A stretch of DNA of 32,000 bases from Pyrodictium delaneyi. Its GTDB lineage: Archaea > Thermoproteota > Thermoprotei_A > Sulfolobales > Pyrodictiaceae. The notes under the pieces were generated by a model, which searched no databases, was not told the origin of the DNA, and worked only from the letters and a program-made list of their open reading frames with translations. The position numbers and the translations under genes were made by a program. The stretch covers positions 60,001 to 92,000 of the forward strand of contig NZ_CP013011.1 in assembly GCF_001412615.1 (NCBI RefSeq), written 5' to 3'. Position 1 is the first letter of the stretch. The number at the start of each line of letters is the position of its first letter. Of this stretch, positions 20,564 through 30,408 are shown piece by piece.

Positions 20564-21445
20564 TTAAAGACGAACCTCTATGTAGAAGTTGTCCACTATG
20601 TCGCGGTACCTGTTGCGTATAGTGGCGTCGGTTACGCCTATAGCCTTTGCCACTGTTAGCTGGTTCCTCTTCTGGTCAAGTAGTATAGACGAGACGTAGA
20701 CAGCTGCAGCTGCTAGCGCCTCTGGGGGCTTACCCTGTGCTAGGCCAGTCCTTGCGAGCATTATGGTGAACCTGGTAGCTAGCGCCTCTACTTCGCCGTT
20801 CAAGCCCAGCTTAGAGGCTATCTTTGATACATACATTTGGGGTTTTGGTGGGGTTGTGACGCGAACCTTGAGTCTTGTTACAATTCGGCGGTAAGCTCTC
20901 CATACGTCTTGCTCGCTTAGACCGAGAGTCTCGGCTACGTCGCGCATTGTAAGTGGGTGTCTCTCTATACGGGCTGCAACGACAGCTGCAGCTGCTAAGT
21001 ACTCGTTGATGTTGTTCTTCTTCAAGACGCCGAGGCTTTGGAGTTGCCTAATAATCCGTGCCATAGTCTCTGCTACACGTGACGGAAGTTGTAGTCGTGC
21101 AGCGACACGGTTGGCCTCCTGGAGAACCTTAATGAGTTTCTTGTGTCCATGACTTCGGAGACTGGCTTGTATCGCGACAAGCTTCCTTGCGCGTATATCA
21201 CTCCGAGGAGCATATATGTACGTGGTTAACCCTTTGTCATGTACACGTGCGGTAAGCGGTGCGCCAACACGGCTCCTTCGCGTCCTATCCTCTTCGGTAA
21301 AGCTGCGCCACTCTGGACCCGAGTCTATCGGCGACTCCTCTAGCACAAAACCACATGATGTACATACGAGTCTTCCGTCACTTTGTCTACGCGCATATAT
21401 GGATAGAGGGCCGCCACAGCTTGGACACTTATCCATCATAGTCAT
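20564..21445 (-). CDS. tfb: transcription initiation factor TFB
   Basis: N-terminal Zn ribbon CPSCGG...CTSCGF, a B-linker, and two cyclin-fold repeats (EYLAAAAVVAA.., ALAAAAVYVSS..). Confidence 0.9.
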   Translation of the reverse strand: MTMMDKCPSCGGPLSIYARRQSDGRLVCTSCGFVLEESPIDSGPEWRSFTEEDRTRRSRVGAPLTARVHDKGLTTYIYAPRSDIRARKLVAIQASLRSHGHKKLIKVLQEANRVAARLQLPSRVAETMARIIRQLQSLGVLKKNNINEYLAAAAVVAARIERHPLTMRDVAETLGLSEQDVWRAYRRIVTRLKVRVTTPPKPQMYVSKIASKLGLNGEVEALATRFTIMLARTGLAQGKPPEALAAAAVYVSSILLDQKRNQLTVAKAIGVTDATIRNRYRDIVDNFYIEVRL

Positions 21446-21861
21446 TTTGAACCCCTCCTGCCGCGCGGCCTCCCGCCACCCCCTCTACGCTCTCCACGTC
21501 TAGGCTGCTTGCCACCTCTGCTCCTTCTGCGCTTTTGCTCTCCTTGCTTTCTATCTCGGTGTTTTACTGGCTTTCTTGCACCCTTCGCAGCTCTAGCTGG
21601 CTTCCTGGCCCGTCTTCGGCGAGGACTCGGTGGTCTATAGTAGAGCTTCACTCCTTTCTCGACTCTCACTTCGCGGGATGAGGGCTTGACTACGGCATAC
21701 GGAGACTTAACCGGCCCAATGATGTCTAAGAGTACTCCTACCCGGTTCATGTCTTCATCGTAAACTACTGTATTGAGGGGTGGAACTTGTTCTTCCTCGA
21801 TCTTGGCAACTATGTAGCCGCTGGGAGTTGTATGGAGTACCGTGCCAAGCCTCTTCAGCAT
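21442..21861 (-). CDS. gar1: H/ACA RNP protein Gar1 with a long Arg/Lys/Gly-rich tail
   Basis: RLGTVLHTTPSGYIVAK...VYDEDMNRVGVLLDIIGPVKSPYAVVKP is the Gar1 core. The tail is about 60 aa, including RRGGGGRPRGRRGSK. Its stop overlaps the tfb ATG (ATGA). Confidence 0.8.
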   Translation of the reverse strand: MLKRLGTVLHTTPSGYIVAKIEEEQVPPLNTVVYDEDMNRVGVLLDIIGPVKSPYAVVKPSSREVRVEKGVKLYYRPPSPRRRRARKPARAAKGARKPVKHRDRKQGEQKRRRSRGGKQPRRGERRGGGGRPRGRRGSK

Positions 21862-21991
21862 CAGACGTGCCCTCGCTCCAGGGGTGGCGGGCGGCTCCTA
21901 TTAGTTACAATGGAGTAATCAGAATAGATGCGGAAACGGGGTTAAAAGATGCAGGACTCGTAGTACCGGCTGTTCGAGGGGCAGGAGTTCT

Positions 21992-22903
21992 TTGGTTGGC
22001 AGCGTGGCTGTGATGGGTTGCGGCTCTGTAGGCTTATTCATTGCGGCTAGTATAGCCTCGGCGGGGTACCGGCCAAAATTACTCTGTCTGAGTTCGGACG
22101 ATGCCTCCCTCCTGGTACAACGAGAGATACGAGTATACCATGGTGGTGGCGAGGCCCGGGCTAAAGTATCAGTGGCGCACGTCACAGCAGCTAGAGGCGA
22201 GTACAGCTACATAGTACTAGCATCAAGGTTGAATAATGCTGAGGAGGCGTTGAGTGCTGCCAAAAGGCTACTCTCGCCCAACGGGGGTGTACTTGTTGTA
22301 CAGCCGTCGCCGTTCATTCTAGAGCTCGGCGAAAAGCTTGGTGTCAGGATCGTAGGCGTATTAGGCCTATATACATGTATCAGAAGGATAGGCATTGATG
22401 CGGTTGAGTGGCCAGGAGCAGGCGTTCTACGTATAGCGCTAGCGGACCCCAATGCAGCAATGGTAACAGCTGCTATCCGGGCTCCAGGTCTACGTATGGA
22501 GCACCGAGGCAGCTCTCTTAGAGAACTACTCTGGGACTACTGTATCGTGGCCTCAGCTATTCAGCCCGTCTCAGCCATACTAGGCCTCCCCTACTCGAAG
22601 CTCTGGAGACTTCGACATGCACGTGAGCTGGCAACACTAGTAGCTAGCGAGGCTGAGCGAGTAGCCGAGAAGGCTGGTGTAAAGCTTTGGAGGAGTGCTA
22701 GCGAAGCCCTAGAGGAGGCTGCGGGCATTAAGGGGTGTATGCCAAGGATGCTACAAGATGTTAATGAGCGTAGAGAGACAGAGGCCGACTACATACTCGG
22801 ATACCTCCTACGGCAGGCAATAAGGCTAGACGTATATACGCCCTACATAGACTCCATCTACCTAACAATCAAGGCTATTGAGGAGAGTATGATAACAGCC
22901 TAG
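21992..22903 (+). CDS. panE: 2-dehydropantoate 2-reductase (ketopantoate reductase family)
   Basis: N-terminal Rossmann motif VAVMGCGSVG. The C-terminal ApbA-like region contains ETEADYILGYLLRQA. Confidence 0.6.
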   Translation: MVGSVAVMGCGSVGLFIAASIASAGYRPKLLCLSSDDASLLVQREIRVYHGGGEARAKVSVAHVTAARGEYSYIVLASRLNNAEEALSAAKRLLSPNGGVLVVQPSPFILELGEKLGVRIVGVLGLYTCIRRIGIDAVEWPGAGVLRIALADPNAAMVTAAIRAPGLRMEHRGSSLRELLWDYCIVASAIQPVSAILGLPYSKLWRLRHARELATLVASEAERVAEKAGVKLWRSASEALEEAAGIKGCMPRMLQDVNERRETEADYILGYLLRQAIRLDVYTPYIDSIYLTIKAIEESMITA

Positions 22904-22949
22904 TGGTGCACCTAGCGCTCAATGTGAATATGTGTAGCGGTGTGCAGTA

Positions 22950-24290
22950 ATGGCTATAAAGCTTGGCAAAAAGCACGTAAAGGCGTTTATAGAGGTTCTC
23001 GAGGAATCTGAGAGGATAAAGCCCTTCCAAGTAGTAAAGAGGAGAGTATTCAGCAAGTATGGCGTACTTGGAACGCGCTACGATACGATATTCACCGCTC
23101 TGCTCTATAAGATATACCGTATGCAAGGCATCCTAGACAAGATAGCAGAAGAGCGGCTCAGACTCAACCTCTCTAGGCTTCCCGTTGCACTCCGCCAATC
23201 TACAAGACTAGCGGTAGTGCTAGCCGTATTCGATGACGTGGGCGATATAGAGTTCAACAGAGCACTCATAGGTGGTATTGTACGCTTACTAGAGGCTCGG
23301 TTTGGGGAAAAAGCGGGGATCGTAGTAGACCTTTACAAGAGCCTCGAGAAGGAGCCCTGGAGGCCACGAAGCAGGATAGAAGAGCTTGAGCTACGATACT
23401 TGCTTCCAGGCTTATTGATAAAGAGGCTTGAGAAACTGCTTGATCGCGGAGAACTAGAGTTATTCGCAAAAGCTGTTAACACGCGGAGGCCTATCCTAGG
23501 GTTCCGTGTAAACAGGCTAAAGGCTAGCGTCAAGGTAGTTCTACGCGTGCTTGAAGAGATGGGTGTAGAAGCCTGGGAGAGCACAAGAGTGCCCTGGCAT
23601 ATACGGTACCGTGGTCAGCTAGACTACAACCGGTTTAAGCCGCTGCTCCGCGGCGAAGTAGTGCCACAAGATGAGGCGAGTGCGGCTGCAGGCGAGCTGC
23701 TGGGCGCTAGGCCGGGAGAACTCGTTGTTGATATGTGTGCGGCGCCGGGCGGAAAGACTACACATCTAGCGGAAATAGCATCCAATAGAGCCACTATAAT
23801 GGCTCTAGACGTGTTTAGCGATCGGATGGAAAGGCTCATAGAGCTGGCCAGGAAAACGGGAACAATAGCCTCCATAGTACCCGTTATCGGGGATGCGCGT
23901 AGGATTTCGACGTTTCTACGCCTGCATGCTAACCGTGTACTCCTCGACCCACCATGTACGAGCACAGGTGCGCTAGCTAAGCATCCAGAAGCTCGCTGGA
24001 GACTGACAGAAGAGGCAATAAAGAAGCAAGTGGAGAGACAGCGTGCTATGTTAGTTGAGGCGATTGAGATCCTGAAGCCTGGCGGGCTTCTACTCTATAC
24101 CGTGTGTAGTGTTCTCCCCGAGGAGGGCGAGTACAATATACAATGGATCCTGGAGAATAGAAAAGATGTTGAGCTAGTGCCGCTCCAGGGTCCTTACGAC
24201 GAGTCCCCGCTGCTACCCGGCACTATGAGGGCCTGGCCGCACCGGCATGATACAACTGGCTTCTTCTACGCTCTACTCCGTAAACGTTAG
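22950..24290 (+). CDS. NOL1/NOP2/Sun-family RNA cytosine-C5 methyltransferase
   Basis: DMCAAPGGKT (SAM motif I), DPPCTSTG (motif IV Cys) and LLYTVCS (motif VI Cys). Confidence 0.85.
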   Translation: MAIKLGKKHVKAFIEVLEESERIKPFQVVKRRVFSKYGVLGTRYDTIFTALLYKIYRMQGILDKIAEERLRLNLSRLPVALRQSTRLAVVLAVFDDVGDIEFNRALIGGIVRLLEARFGEKAGIVVDLYKSLEKEPWRPRSRIEELELRYLLPGLLIKRLEKLLDRGELELFAKAVNTRRPILGFRVNRLKASVKVVLRVLEEMGVEAWESTRVPWHIRYRGQLDYNRFKPLLRGEVVPQDEASAAAGELLGARPGELVVDMCAAPGGKTTHLAEIASNRATIMALDVFSDRMERLIELARKTGTIASIVPVIGDARRISTFLRLHANRVLLDPPCTSTGALAKHPEARWRLTEEAIKKQVERQRAMLVEAIEILKPGGLLLYTVCSVLPEEGEYNIQWILENRKDVELVPLQGPYDESPLLPGTMRAWPHRHDTTGFFYALLRKR

Positions 24291-24369
24291 CCAACCTGCC
24301 CTCCCGGGGCACTGTAAGCACGTATATCCCCGGCGCTGGATCATGCTATATTGCAGGGTATAGAGAGGG

Positions 24370-24963
24370 TTGACGACGCAGCACCCCTGTCTAATAGCCG
24401 TTGGGTCGGCTAATCCTGTGAAAGTGAACGCTGTAAGACGCGCAATAAGACTGCTATGCTTAGCTGATGTACGCGGAGTGGAAGTAGAGAGTGGTGTCCC
24501 ACCTCAGCCGCTTGGCGCGCACGAAATAATACTAGGGGCTGTAAACCGGGCTTCTAACGCGTTAAAGAAGCTAGATGCCGACTACGGTGTAGGTGTTGAA
24601 GCAGGCGTAGTAGAGACCGATATAGAGCCCCTAGAACTCCAGGCGGCAGCTATAGTCGACCGGGACGGCTACGTCACGATAGGGCTGAGTCAAGCATTCC
24701 CGCTCCCTCGTAGCTGGGCCACGGAGCTAAGTAAACGAGTAGAGCTAGGAGCTATAGCAGCAAGGGTTACAGGGCGTAAGGGCATCGGCGAGAAGCTAGG
24801 TCTCATAGGTTACCTCACAGCAGGTCTAGTAACACGGACAGACCTCACCTATAGTGCGGTAGTAATGGCTCTAGTACCTAGACTAAACCCCGGCCTCTAC
24901 ACGAGTCTGCCACGAGTGGACGAGGTAATAGAGAAGTTAAGACGGGAGAAGCAGAGCTTATAG
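24370..24963 (+). CDS. non-canonical purine NTP phosphatase (DUF84/YjjX-like)
   Basis: The N-terminal [17 protein letters not shown] signature and the size (197 aa) fit the family. TTG start. Confidence 0.55.
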   Translation: MTTQHPCLIAVGSANPVKVNAVRRAIRLLCLADVRGVEVESGVPPQPLGAHEIILGAVNRASNALKKLDADYGVGVEAGVVETDIEPLELQAAAIVDRDGYVTIGLSQAFPLPRSWATELSKRVELGAIAARVTGRKGIGEKLGLIGYLTAGLVTRTDLTYSAVVMALVPRLNPGLYTSLPRVDEVIEKLRREKQSL

Positions 24964-25007
24964 GTAGGCAAGCACTGGTCGCATTACCGCCGGGGGCGAA
25001 GGCTAGG

Positions 25008-25403
25008 ATGGGCGTATACCAGGGTAACGATCTCAAGAAGCCTACCGGAGGTAGGAAGTGGCCACACCAGAAGGTCAAGAGGAAGTACTGGATGGGTAGG
25101 TACCCGACACACACAAGGCTAGCAGATAAGGAGGTACGCCAGCTCATAAGAGTACGTGGCGGCAACTATAAGGTCCGGCTAAAGCGTGCGACTTATGCCA
25201 ACGTGGTTGACCCAGAAACAAAGACAGCCAAGAAGGTAAAGATACTACGCGTACTAGAGACTCCGGCGAACCCGCACTACGCACGCGCCAACATAATAAC
25301 TAAAGGTACAATCATAGAGACAGAGCTAGGCAAGGCGGTAGTCACGTCGCGCCCGGGCCAGGACGGCGTCATAAACGCTATACTACTTGAGAAGAAACAG
25401 TAA
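25008..25403 (+). CDS. rps8e: 30S ribosomal protein S8e
   Basis: [17 protein letters not shown]... N-terminus and 131-aa length are typical of S8e. Confidence 0.85.
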   Translation: MGVYQGNDLKKPTGGRKWPHQKVKRKYWMGRYPTHTRLADKEVRQLIRVRGGNYKVRLKRATYANVVDPETKTAKKVKILRVLETPANPHYARANIITKGTIIETELGKAVVTSRPGQDGVINAILLEKKQ

Positions 25404-25425
25404 CAATAAGCCAGTTGTATGTTTC

Positions 25426-26706
25426 TTAGCGCGGAAGCATATTCGCCAGCCTCCTTACTCTCTCTAATGCTCTCCTCCTACTCTTCTCGTCAAGCCTAGC
25501 CTCGGCTAGAACATTTTCTAGAAACTCTATAACTCTCTCAGCGTAATCACGGCGGAATGGATATGGAATACCGTCCTTCCCTCCCGCTATATAGGCGTAC
25601 CTAAATGGGTCTAGTGGAGCATTGGCGGGGTCGTTATGGCTCACGGGGACACCGTAGACTATCTCGGCCACCAGTGCGAGGCTGCGTAGTGTAGCAGGCC
25701 CAACGCCCTCAACCAGCACAAGCTCCTCTATGCTCCTAGGTGATAGCTCGTAAACCTTTCTTAGAACCTGCTCTATATGGCGTGGCGGTCTACTTTGAGG
25801 CCGATAATACCTAGCATACCTTTTCAACGCTTCTACGGAGTTTGTGGGTCTGCTCGTCTGGAACATTGTTAGAGGCGCGACGCCCTTCACGACCATGTAT
25901 GCTTGGTGTATTTGGTGCAGGAGTCTGCGGGGGTCGTCGCGAACGAGGTCTAGTATTGTATCTCGTGCCTCGCGGCTCATCTTGCTCGTCATATCTATTA
26001 CGAAATCCTCTCTCCTGTTAGAGGCTATAGCTCTATGAGGCTCTAGAGTTGGTATCGGTGGCAGAGGTTTCGACCAGTGGTAACGCCGTGCAAGCCTCTT
26101 CTCTGTATTCATTCCTTGTTGTATTACGGTCCACTTACCTGTACTGGATACTATGACGGCATGATGGTACAGCTGATAACCATCCTGGAGGAGAACGGTA
26201 TCGGTCTTAGCTGAGAGTCTTGAAACGAGCTTGAGTTCCTTGACTGTGGAGGAGGATAGGTTAAACGTGTCAGCTATACCATCGATCTCGCGAGGAGTTT
26301 CCCTAGCCTTCGTGCCTTTGCCGCCGGCTACCGCTATGCCGAGGTTAGGATCTTCTAGAGTTACCTGCTTGACGATGCCTAGTGTGACTGTTGTAGAGCC
26401 ACTGCTATCCCAGTCCATACCAATAGCATTGTTGAATGCCTGGAACCATATAGGATCAGCAAACCATTCTACAACTTTGTCTGGTCCATGTATCTCTACT
26501 GTAACAGCTAGTATGGCTTTAGCCAACTTTTTCATGTAACGGGCTAGCCATGCAGGTACGTGGCCATCATGGAGTGGTAACTCGGCAATACCCCACATAG
26601 CCCTATACCCGGCTACAACTACTCGAAACACTCCCCAAGCACGTTCTTGATACCTGCTCCCAACTATACTGGGATGAAGAAGTCTAAAGAGCTTAAATCT
26701 AGACAT
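25426..26706 (-). CDS. conserved archaeal protein, DUF763/COG1415-like
   Basis: LPLHDGHVPAWL...DPIWFQAFNNAIGMDWDSSGSTTVT matches my memory of DUF763. Unverified. Confidence 0.45.
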   Translation of the reverse strand: MSRFKLFRLLHPSIVGSRYQERAWGVFRVVVAGYRAMWGIAELPLHDGHVPAWLARYMKKLAKAILAVTVEIHGPDKVVEWFADPIWFQAFNNAIGMDWDSSGSTTVTLGIVKQVTLEDPNLGIAVAGGKGTKARETPREIDGIADTFNLSSSTVKELKLVSRLSAKTDTVLLQDGYQLYHHAVIVSSTGKWTVIQQGMNTEKRLARRYHWSKPLPPIPTLEPHRAIASNRREDFVIDMTSKMSREARDTILDLVRDDPRRLLHQIHQAYMVVKGVAPLTMFQTSRPTNSVEALKRYARYYRPQSRPPRHIEQVLRKVYELSPRSIEELVLVEGVGPATLRSLALVAEIVYGVPVSHNDPANAPLDPFRYAYIAGGKDGIPYPFRRDYAERVIEFLENVLAEARLDEKSRRRALERVRRLANMLPR

Positions 26707-26768
26707 TGACGGCTACAGTGTGTCGAAAAGATGGCCGGTGAAATGTAAACACGTTTCGGCACCTTCTC

Positions 26769-27893
26769 TTACCACAGTATAGAGGGAAACTTTGTCAGCA
26801 GCCTAGCGCCGCTACGCGTGACTAGAACAAGCTCCTCTATTCGAACGCCATACCTTCCGGGAATGTATACGCCAGGCTCTATTGTTATAACCATCCCTTC
26901 TTGGAGCTCTGTATTATCTTTGTAGGATATCCGTGGCTTCTCGTGAACCTCTATGCCCACACCATGTCCTAGACTATGTATGAAGTACTTGTCGAAACCC
27001 TTTGAGGCTAGTACACGTCGTGCAGCCTCGTAAACCTCGTGGGCTGTGACGCCAGGCCTAATAACATCTACGGCTGTATAGACAGCCTCATGGACAGCCT
27101 CAGCTACAGCTCTAAACTCAGTATCAGCCCCCTCCATAATGGTTCTTGTCATATCGCTACAATAGCCCTTGTACACAGCGCCAAGATCTATTAGCACGGG
27201 CTGAGGCTTATAGTCGAGTATGCGTCTCGAGGAAGGTTCTGCATGCGGATAGACCGTATTCTCGCCGAACGCTACTATAGTCGGGAATGCGTGGTCTAGA
27301 GCACCCCTTCTCCGCATCTCATACTCTATAATGGCTGCTATCTCTGCCTCGCTCACCCCGAAGTCGAGGCTGGAAATCGCGGCGTTGAGCGCGGCTTCGG
27401 CTATTTCTGCAGCGGCTTCTATTCTCTCTACCTCCCATGGCTCCTTGATAGCCCTCATATCCTCTATGTTGTCCGAGATGTCTTCTACAGCGAAAGCTTT
27501 CTCGAGCTTCTTTAGAAGCGTAATCGAGTCGGTCTCTAGGAGCAGTCTGCAGCCCCTCGGCAGCATGGATGATATGATCTCGCTCGCCTTGCCGGTCATT
27601 AGCTTGAACTCGGCGGAGTCTAGAACTAGGCCGTTAGGAAGCCCATAGGGAGTAAAGGCTACTACATCTACGTAGCTCTCTAGTGCCTCCTCGGCTATAG
27701 CCTTCCTGGCACGCAGATACTCTAGCGCGGGGACTAGTAGTGTAAACGAGTCATTGTCGGCACGGTAGACTAGATAACCGGGTCCTCTAAACCCCGTGAA
27801 GTAGAATAGACTAGCCTCAGTAGATACTACTATGCCGCAGCCCTTCTTCTCCTCTATGATGTTCCGTAGCTTGCGAAGTAGATGGTGGCGCAT
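26769..27893 (-). CDS. M24-family Xaa-Pro peptidase (prolidase/aminopeptidase P)
   Basis: Metal-ligand pattern DLGAVYKGYCSDMTRT, HSLGHGVGIEVHE and ITIEPG. Confidence 0.85.
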   Translation of the reverse strand: MRHHLLRKLRNIIEEKKGCGIVVSTEASLFYFTGFRGPGYLVYRADNDSFTLLVPALEYLRARKAIAEEALESYVDVVAFTPYGLPNGLVLDSAEFKLMTGKASEIISSMLPRGCRLLLETDSITLLKKLEKAFAVEDISDNIEDMRAIKEPWEVERIEAAAEIAEAALNAAISSLDFGVSEAEIAAIIEYEMRRRGALDHAFPTIVAFGENTVYPHAEPSSRRILDYKPQPVLIDLGAVYKGYCSDMTRTIMEGADTEFRAVAEAVHEAVYTAVDVIRPGVTAHEVYEAARRVLASKGFDKYFIHSLGHGVGIEVHEKPRISYKDNTELQEGMVITIEPGVYIPGRYGVRIEELVLVTRSGARLLTKFPSILW

Positions 27894-27960
27894 ACTATGA
27901 CACCTTGCCTAGTTGGGATCAAGTTATAGCCGGTTCCCCTTGCAGGTAGAGGCATAGCAA

Positions 27961-28491
27961 TTAAGGGCTTCTATGCGCTGTGTAGCCACAGAGCCTTTCT
28001 ATAAGCTCGTCTATAGAGTTAAAATACTCTATGCAGCGGCCTATACGCTCGTCGAGAACACCATCGCTATAGCACTCCGCAAACCTGTCGGAGGGCAGCC
28101 CTGTATCCCTTAAGAAGAGTACAGGTATCCCGTAGCTACAGGCTATGAAGGCCTCGAAGAGTGTTCCTATAGCTCCACCAAGCACTACGAGGACGTCCCC
28201 ACTGCGTACGAGAATACTACTCCTTTCACGCGTGTCAAGCCCGGTTCTAATCACTATAGAACCCTCGGGATACATATCCTCCTCGTAGCCGCGTGGAATG
28301 ACAAACACTACTGGAAGTCCAGCTTCTCTAGCAACGTCAGCTACTTCGCGCATAAGTCCTCTATATCCGCCAAGCAGTATAACGGAGTCTGGTTGACATG
28401 CCTTTATCCCAGCTATAAGCTGGCGTGCATGTTCACGCTGCTTCTCCGATACGCTGCCGCTATAAGCTGCTACGACCACTTGGAGAGCCAT
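27961..28491 (-). CDS. TIGR00725/LOG-like Rossmann (SLOG) protein
   Basis: The internal ATG at 28491 gives MALQVVVAAYSGS... Also contains GGYRGLMREVA and VVLGGAIGTLFE motifs. Confidence 0.5.
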   Translation of the reverse strand: MALQVVVAAYSGSVSEKQREHARQLIAGIKACQPDSVILLGGYRGLMREVADVAREAGLPVVFVIPRGYEEDMYPEGSIVIRTGLDTRERSSILVRSGDVLVVLGGAIGTLFEAFIACSYGIPVLFLRDTGLPSDRFAECYSDGVLDERIGRCIEYFNSIDELIERLCGYTAHRSP

Positions 28492-28635
28492 ACTCCCACA
28501 CTCGGGGAATAAGGTAGGCAGAGAGGGTACTCTTATCGCACATTGTACCTTAAGGGTGCCCCAATATGAATGTAGTACGATGCCGCTAAGAAACCCCCGG
28601 GTAGTGTACAATGATTTCTTACCGGGGCATGATCA

Positions 28636-29364
28636 TTGGGTATACTTTCTGAGCAGATACTTTACCCTGTAGACGTTGTTGTCGACAGTCGAGAGGCGGC
28701 TAAGAACAAGGATATAGTTGAAGAGCTGAAGCGTAAAGGACTCCGTGTAGCGGTGCAGGCTCTAGAGGCTGGCGACTACTACCTGCTAGCAGGAGATCAG
28801 CGGAAGGCGTTACTAGTAGAACGTAAAACTGTGACGGACTTCGCTAACAGTGTGAGAGACAATAGGATATGGGACCAGGCTCGGCTTCTGCGTGAAGCCG
28901 CTCAGAAGGAGGGAGTGAGACCGGTAATAGTTCTTGAAGGCTGGCTTGGCATTATAGAGAAGCGCACGAAGTGGAATATCGCAGCCCTCCTACGGATACT
29001 AGATGAACTCGTTTTGGACTGGGGTATACCTGTCATACCGACGCACAATAAGAAGGCCACTGCTGCATGGATAGCGGCAAAGGCGAGAAGTCTAGGCAAG
29101 ACAGAAGAGAAGCGGATTCTAAGACTACGTGTTGAGAAGAAACCGCTTACTCTCAATGAACGTATACTCTATGTAGCGGAGGGCCTTGTGGGTCCTACAC
29201 TAGCTCGCCGTCTCCTTGAGAGGTTTAAGACGCTCCGCAGGATAGCTAATGCGAGCATACAAGAGCTGATGAGTGTTGAGGGTATCGGTGAGAAACGCGC
29301 CAAGGAGATATATGCTATATTCAATACCATCTGGAGCCCGGAAGGGGAGAGCAAGAAGACGTAA
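28636..29364 (+). CDS. xpf: short crenarchaeal XPF/ERCC4 nuclease with a C-terminal (HhH)2 domain
   Basis: VVVDSRE...GDYYL...LVERKTVTDF is the ERCC4 core (ERK). The HhH domain is LVGPTLARRLLERF...LMSVEGIGEKRAKEI. Confidence 0.8.
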   Translation: MGILSEQILYPVDVVVDSREAAKNKDIVEELKRKGLRVAVQALEAGDYYLLAGDQRKALLVERKTVTDFANSVRDNRIWDQARLLREAAQKEGVRPVIVLEGWLGIIEKRTKWNIAALLRILDELVLDWGIPVIPTHNKKATAAWIAAKARSLGKTEEKRILRLRVEKKPLTLNERILYVAEGLVGPTLARRLLERFKTLRRIANASIQELMSVEGIGEKRAKEIYAIFNTIWSPEGESKKT

Positions 29365-29479
29365 GGCTGCTATACGCTGGACTCCGATAATTTAAATGTT
29401 GATTGCAGGTTTAGAGCGTGATAGTTTTGTAGAAAGCATGCTTGAACTAAAAATTTGGAGCAAGACGGTGCCTATTACT

Positions 29480-29725
29480 TTACTTCTCCTCGAAGTGTAT
29501 GATGCTTACAGGGCAGGCTTCGACAGCTGCGGATACACAGTCCTTGAGTTCAGCGGGCACGAGGCCCTCGGCAGGGTTATTACTGTCTACACGCCACTTA
29601 GCAGCTATCTGTGCCTTGCCATCCTCCTCACTCATTTCGAAGACATCAGGACAGAGGCTTACACATACCATGTCTGCTATGCACTGCTCGCGATCGATCC
29701 ATACACGTATCTTAGCTTCGGTCAC
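29480..29725 (-). CDS. small single-cluster ferredoxin
   Basis: CIADMVCVSLCP...CVSAAVEACP pattern, 81 aa. Confidence 0.75.
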   Translation of the reverse strand: MTEAKIRVWIDREQCIADMVCVSLCPDVFEMSEEDGKAQIAAKWRVDSNNPAEGLVPAELKDCVSAAVEACPVSIIHFEEK

Positions 29726-29817
29726 GACGGGTTCACCGTTTCTAGGGTGGCCTCAAGGAGGAGATTTTAACAGTTATCTAGCCTAGTCTAGCCGGCTATA
29801 GCAGACAGAGGGAGCTG

Positions 29818-30408
29818 CTAGAATCTAGTGCTGAAGCTGCTTAAGGTTCTGCATATACCAGGTCGTAGTACATATATTGCTCCGTCGGAACCCTCAACTC
29901 TATACCCGCAGTCCCTGGTAGCACAAAACGCTACAAGAGCAGCTACAAGAGCGTCTTCCTCATGCCTAGAAGCCTCTCGGGGAAGATGTAGGCCGAATAA
30001 GTTGCATACGTCGATGTAGCTACAGTCAGCTATCCGCAGAACACTAGAGGGGTGCGTCTCAATAACTACAACGCCGGCTTTTTCTAGTGCTTCTTTGAGC
30101 TTTATTGCTCTTAGGGCGAGCTTCCGCATCGAGCTAAGCGTAAGTGGGAGGAGACGTCCGCCAAGAGATAACAGCTGGCGCTCAACATTACGGAAACCTT
30201 GCCCTTCAGGAGGCAATGATAGTGGTGCATCGATAGCAACCATCCTAGCGTGGTCTCTGAGGATCAACTCGGTTATTTCGGCGTCGCTATAGAGCATTGT
30301 AAGCCTCTTTATGTGCAAATGCTCAGTGGGAGAAGTAGTGCATACAATTGCTACGCCGCTAGGCCTCCTAGGAGAAGCAGCTAGGTCTACTCCTGCAAAG
30401 CAGGGCAA
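29818..30408 (-). CDS. DUF429-like predicted RNase H-fold protein
   Basis: N-terminal FAGVDLAASPRRPSGVAIV motif. The call is from memory of the family. Confidence 0.4.
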   Translation of the reverse strand: MPCFAGVDLAASPRRPSGVAIVCTTSPTEHLHIKRLTMLYSDAEITELILRDHARMVAIDAPLSLPPEGQGFRNVERQLLSLGGRLLPLTLSSMRKLALRAIKLKEALEKAGVVVIETHPSSVLRIADCSYIDVCNLFGLHLPREASRHEEDALVAALVAFCATRDCGYRVEGSDGAIYVLRPGICRTLSSFSTRF

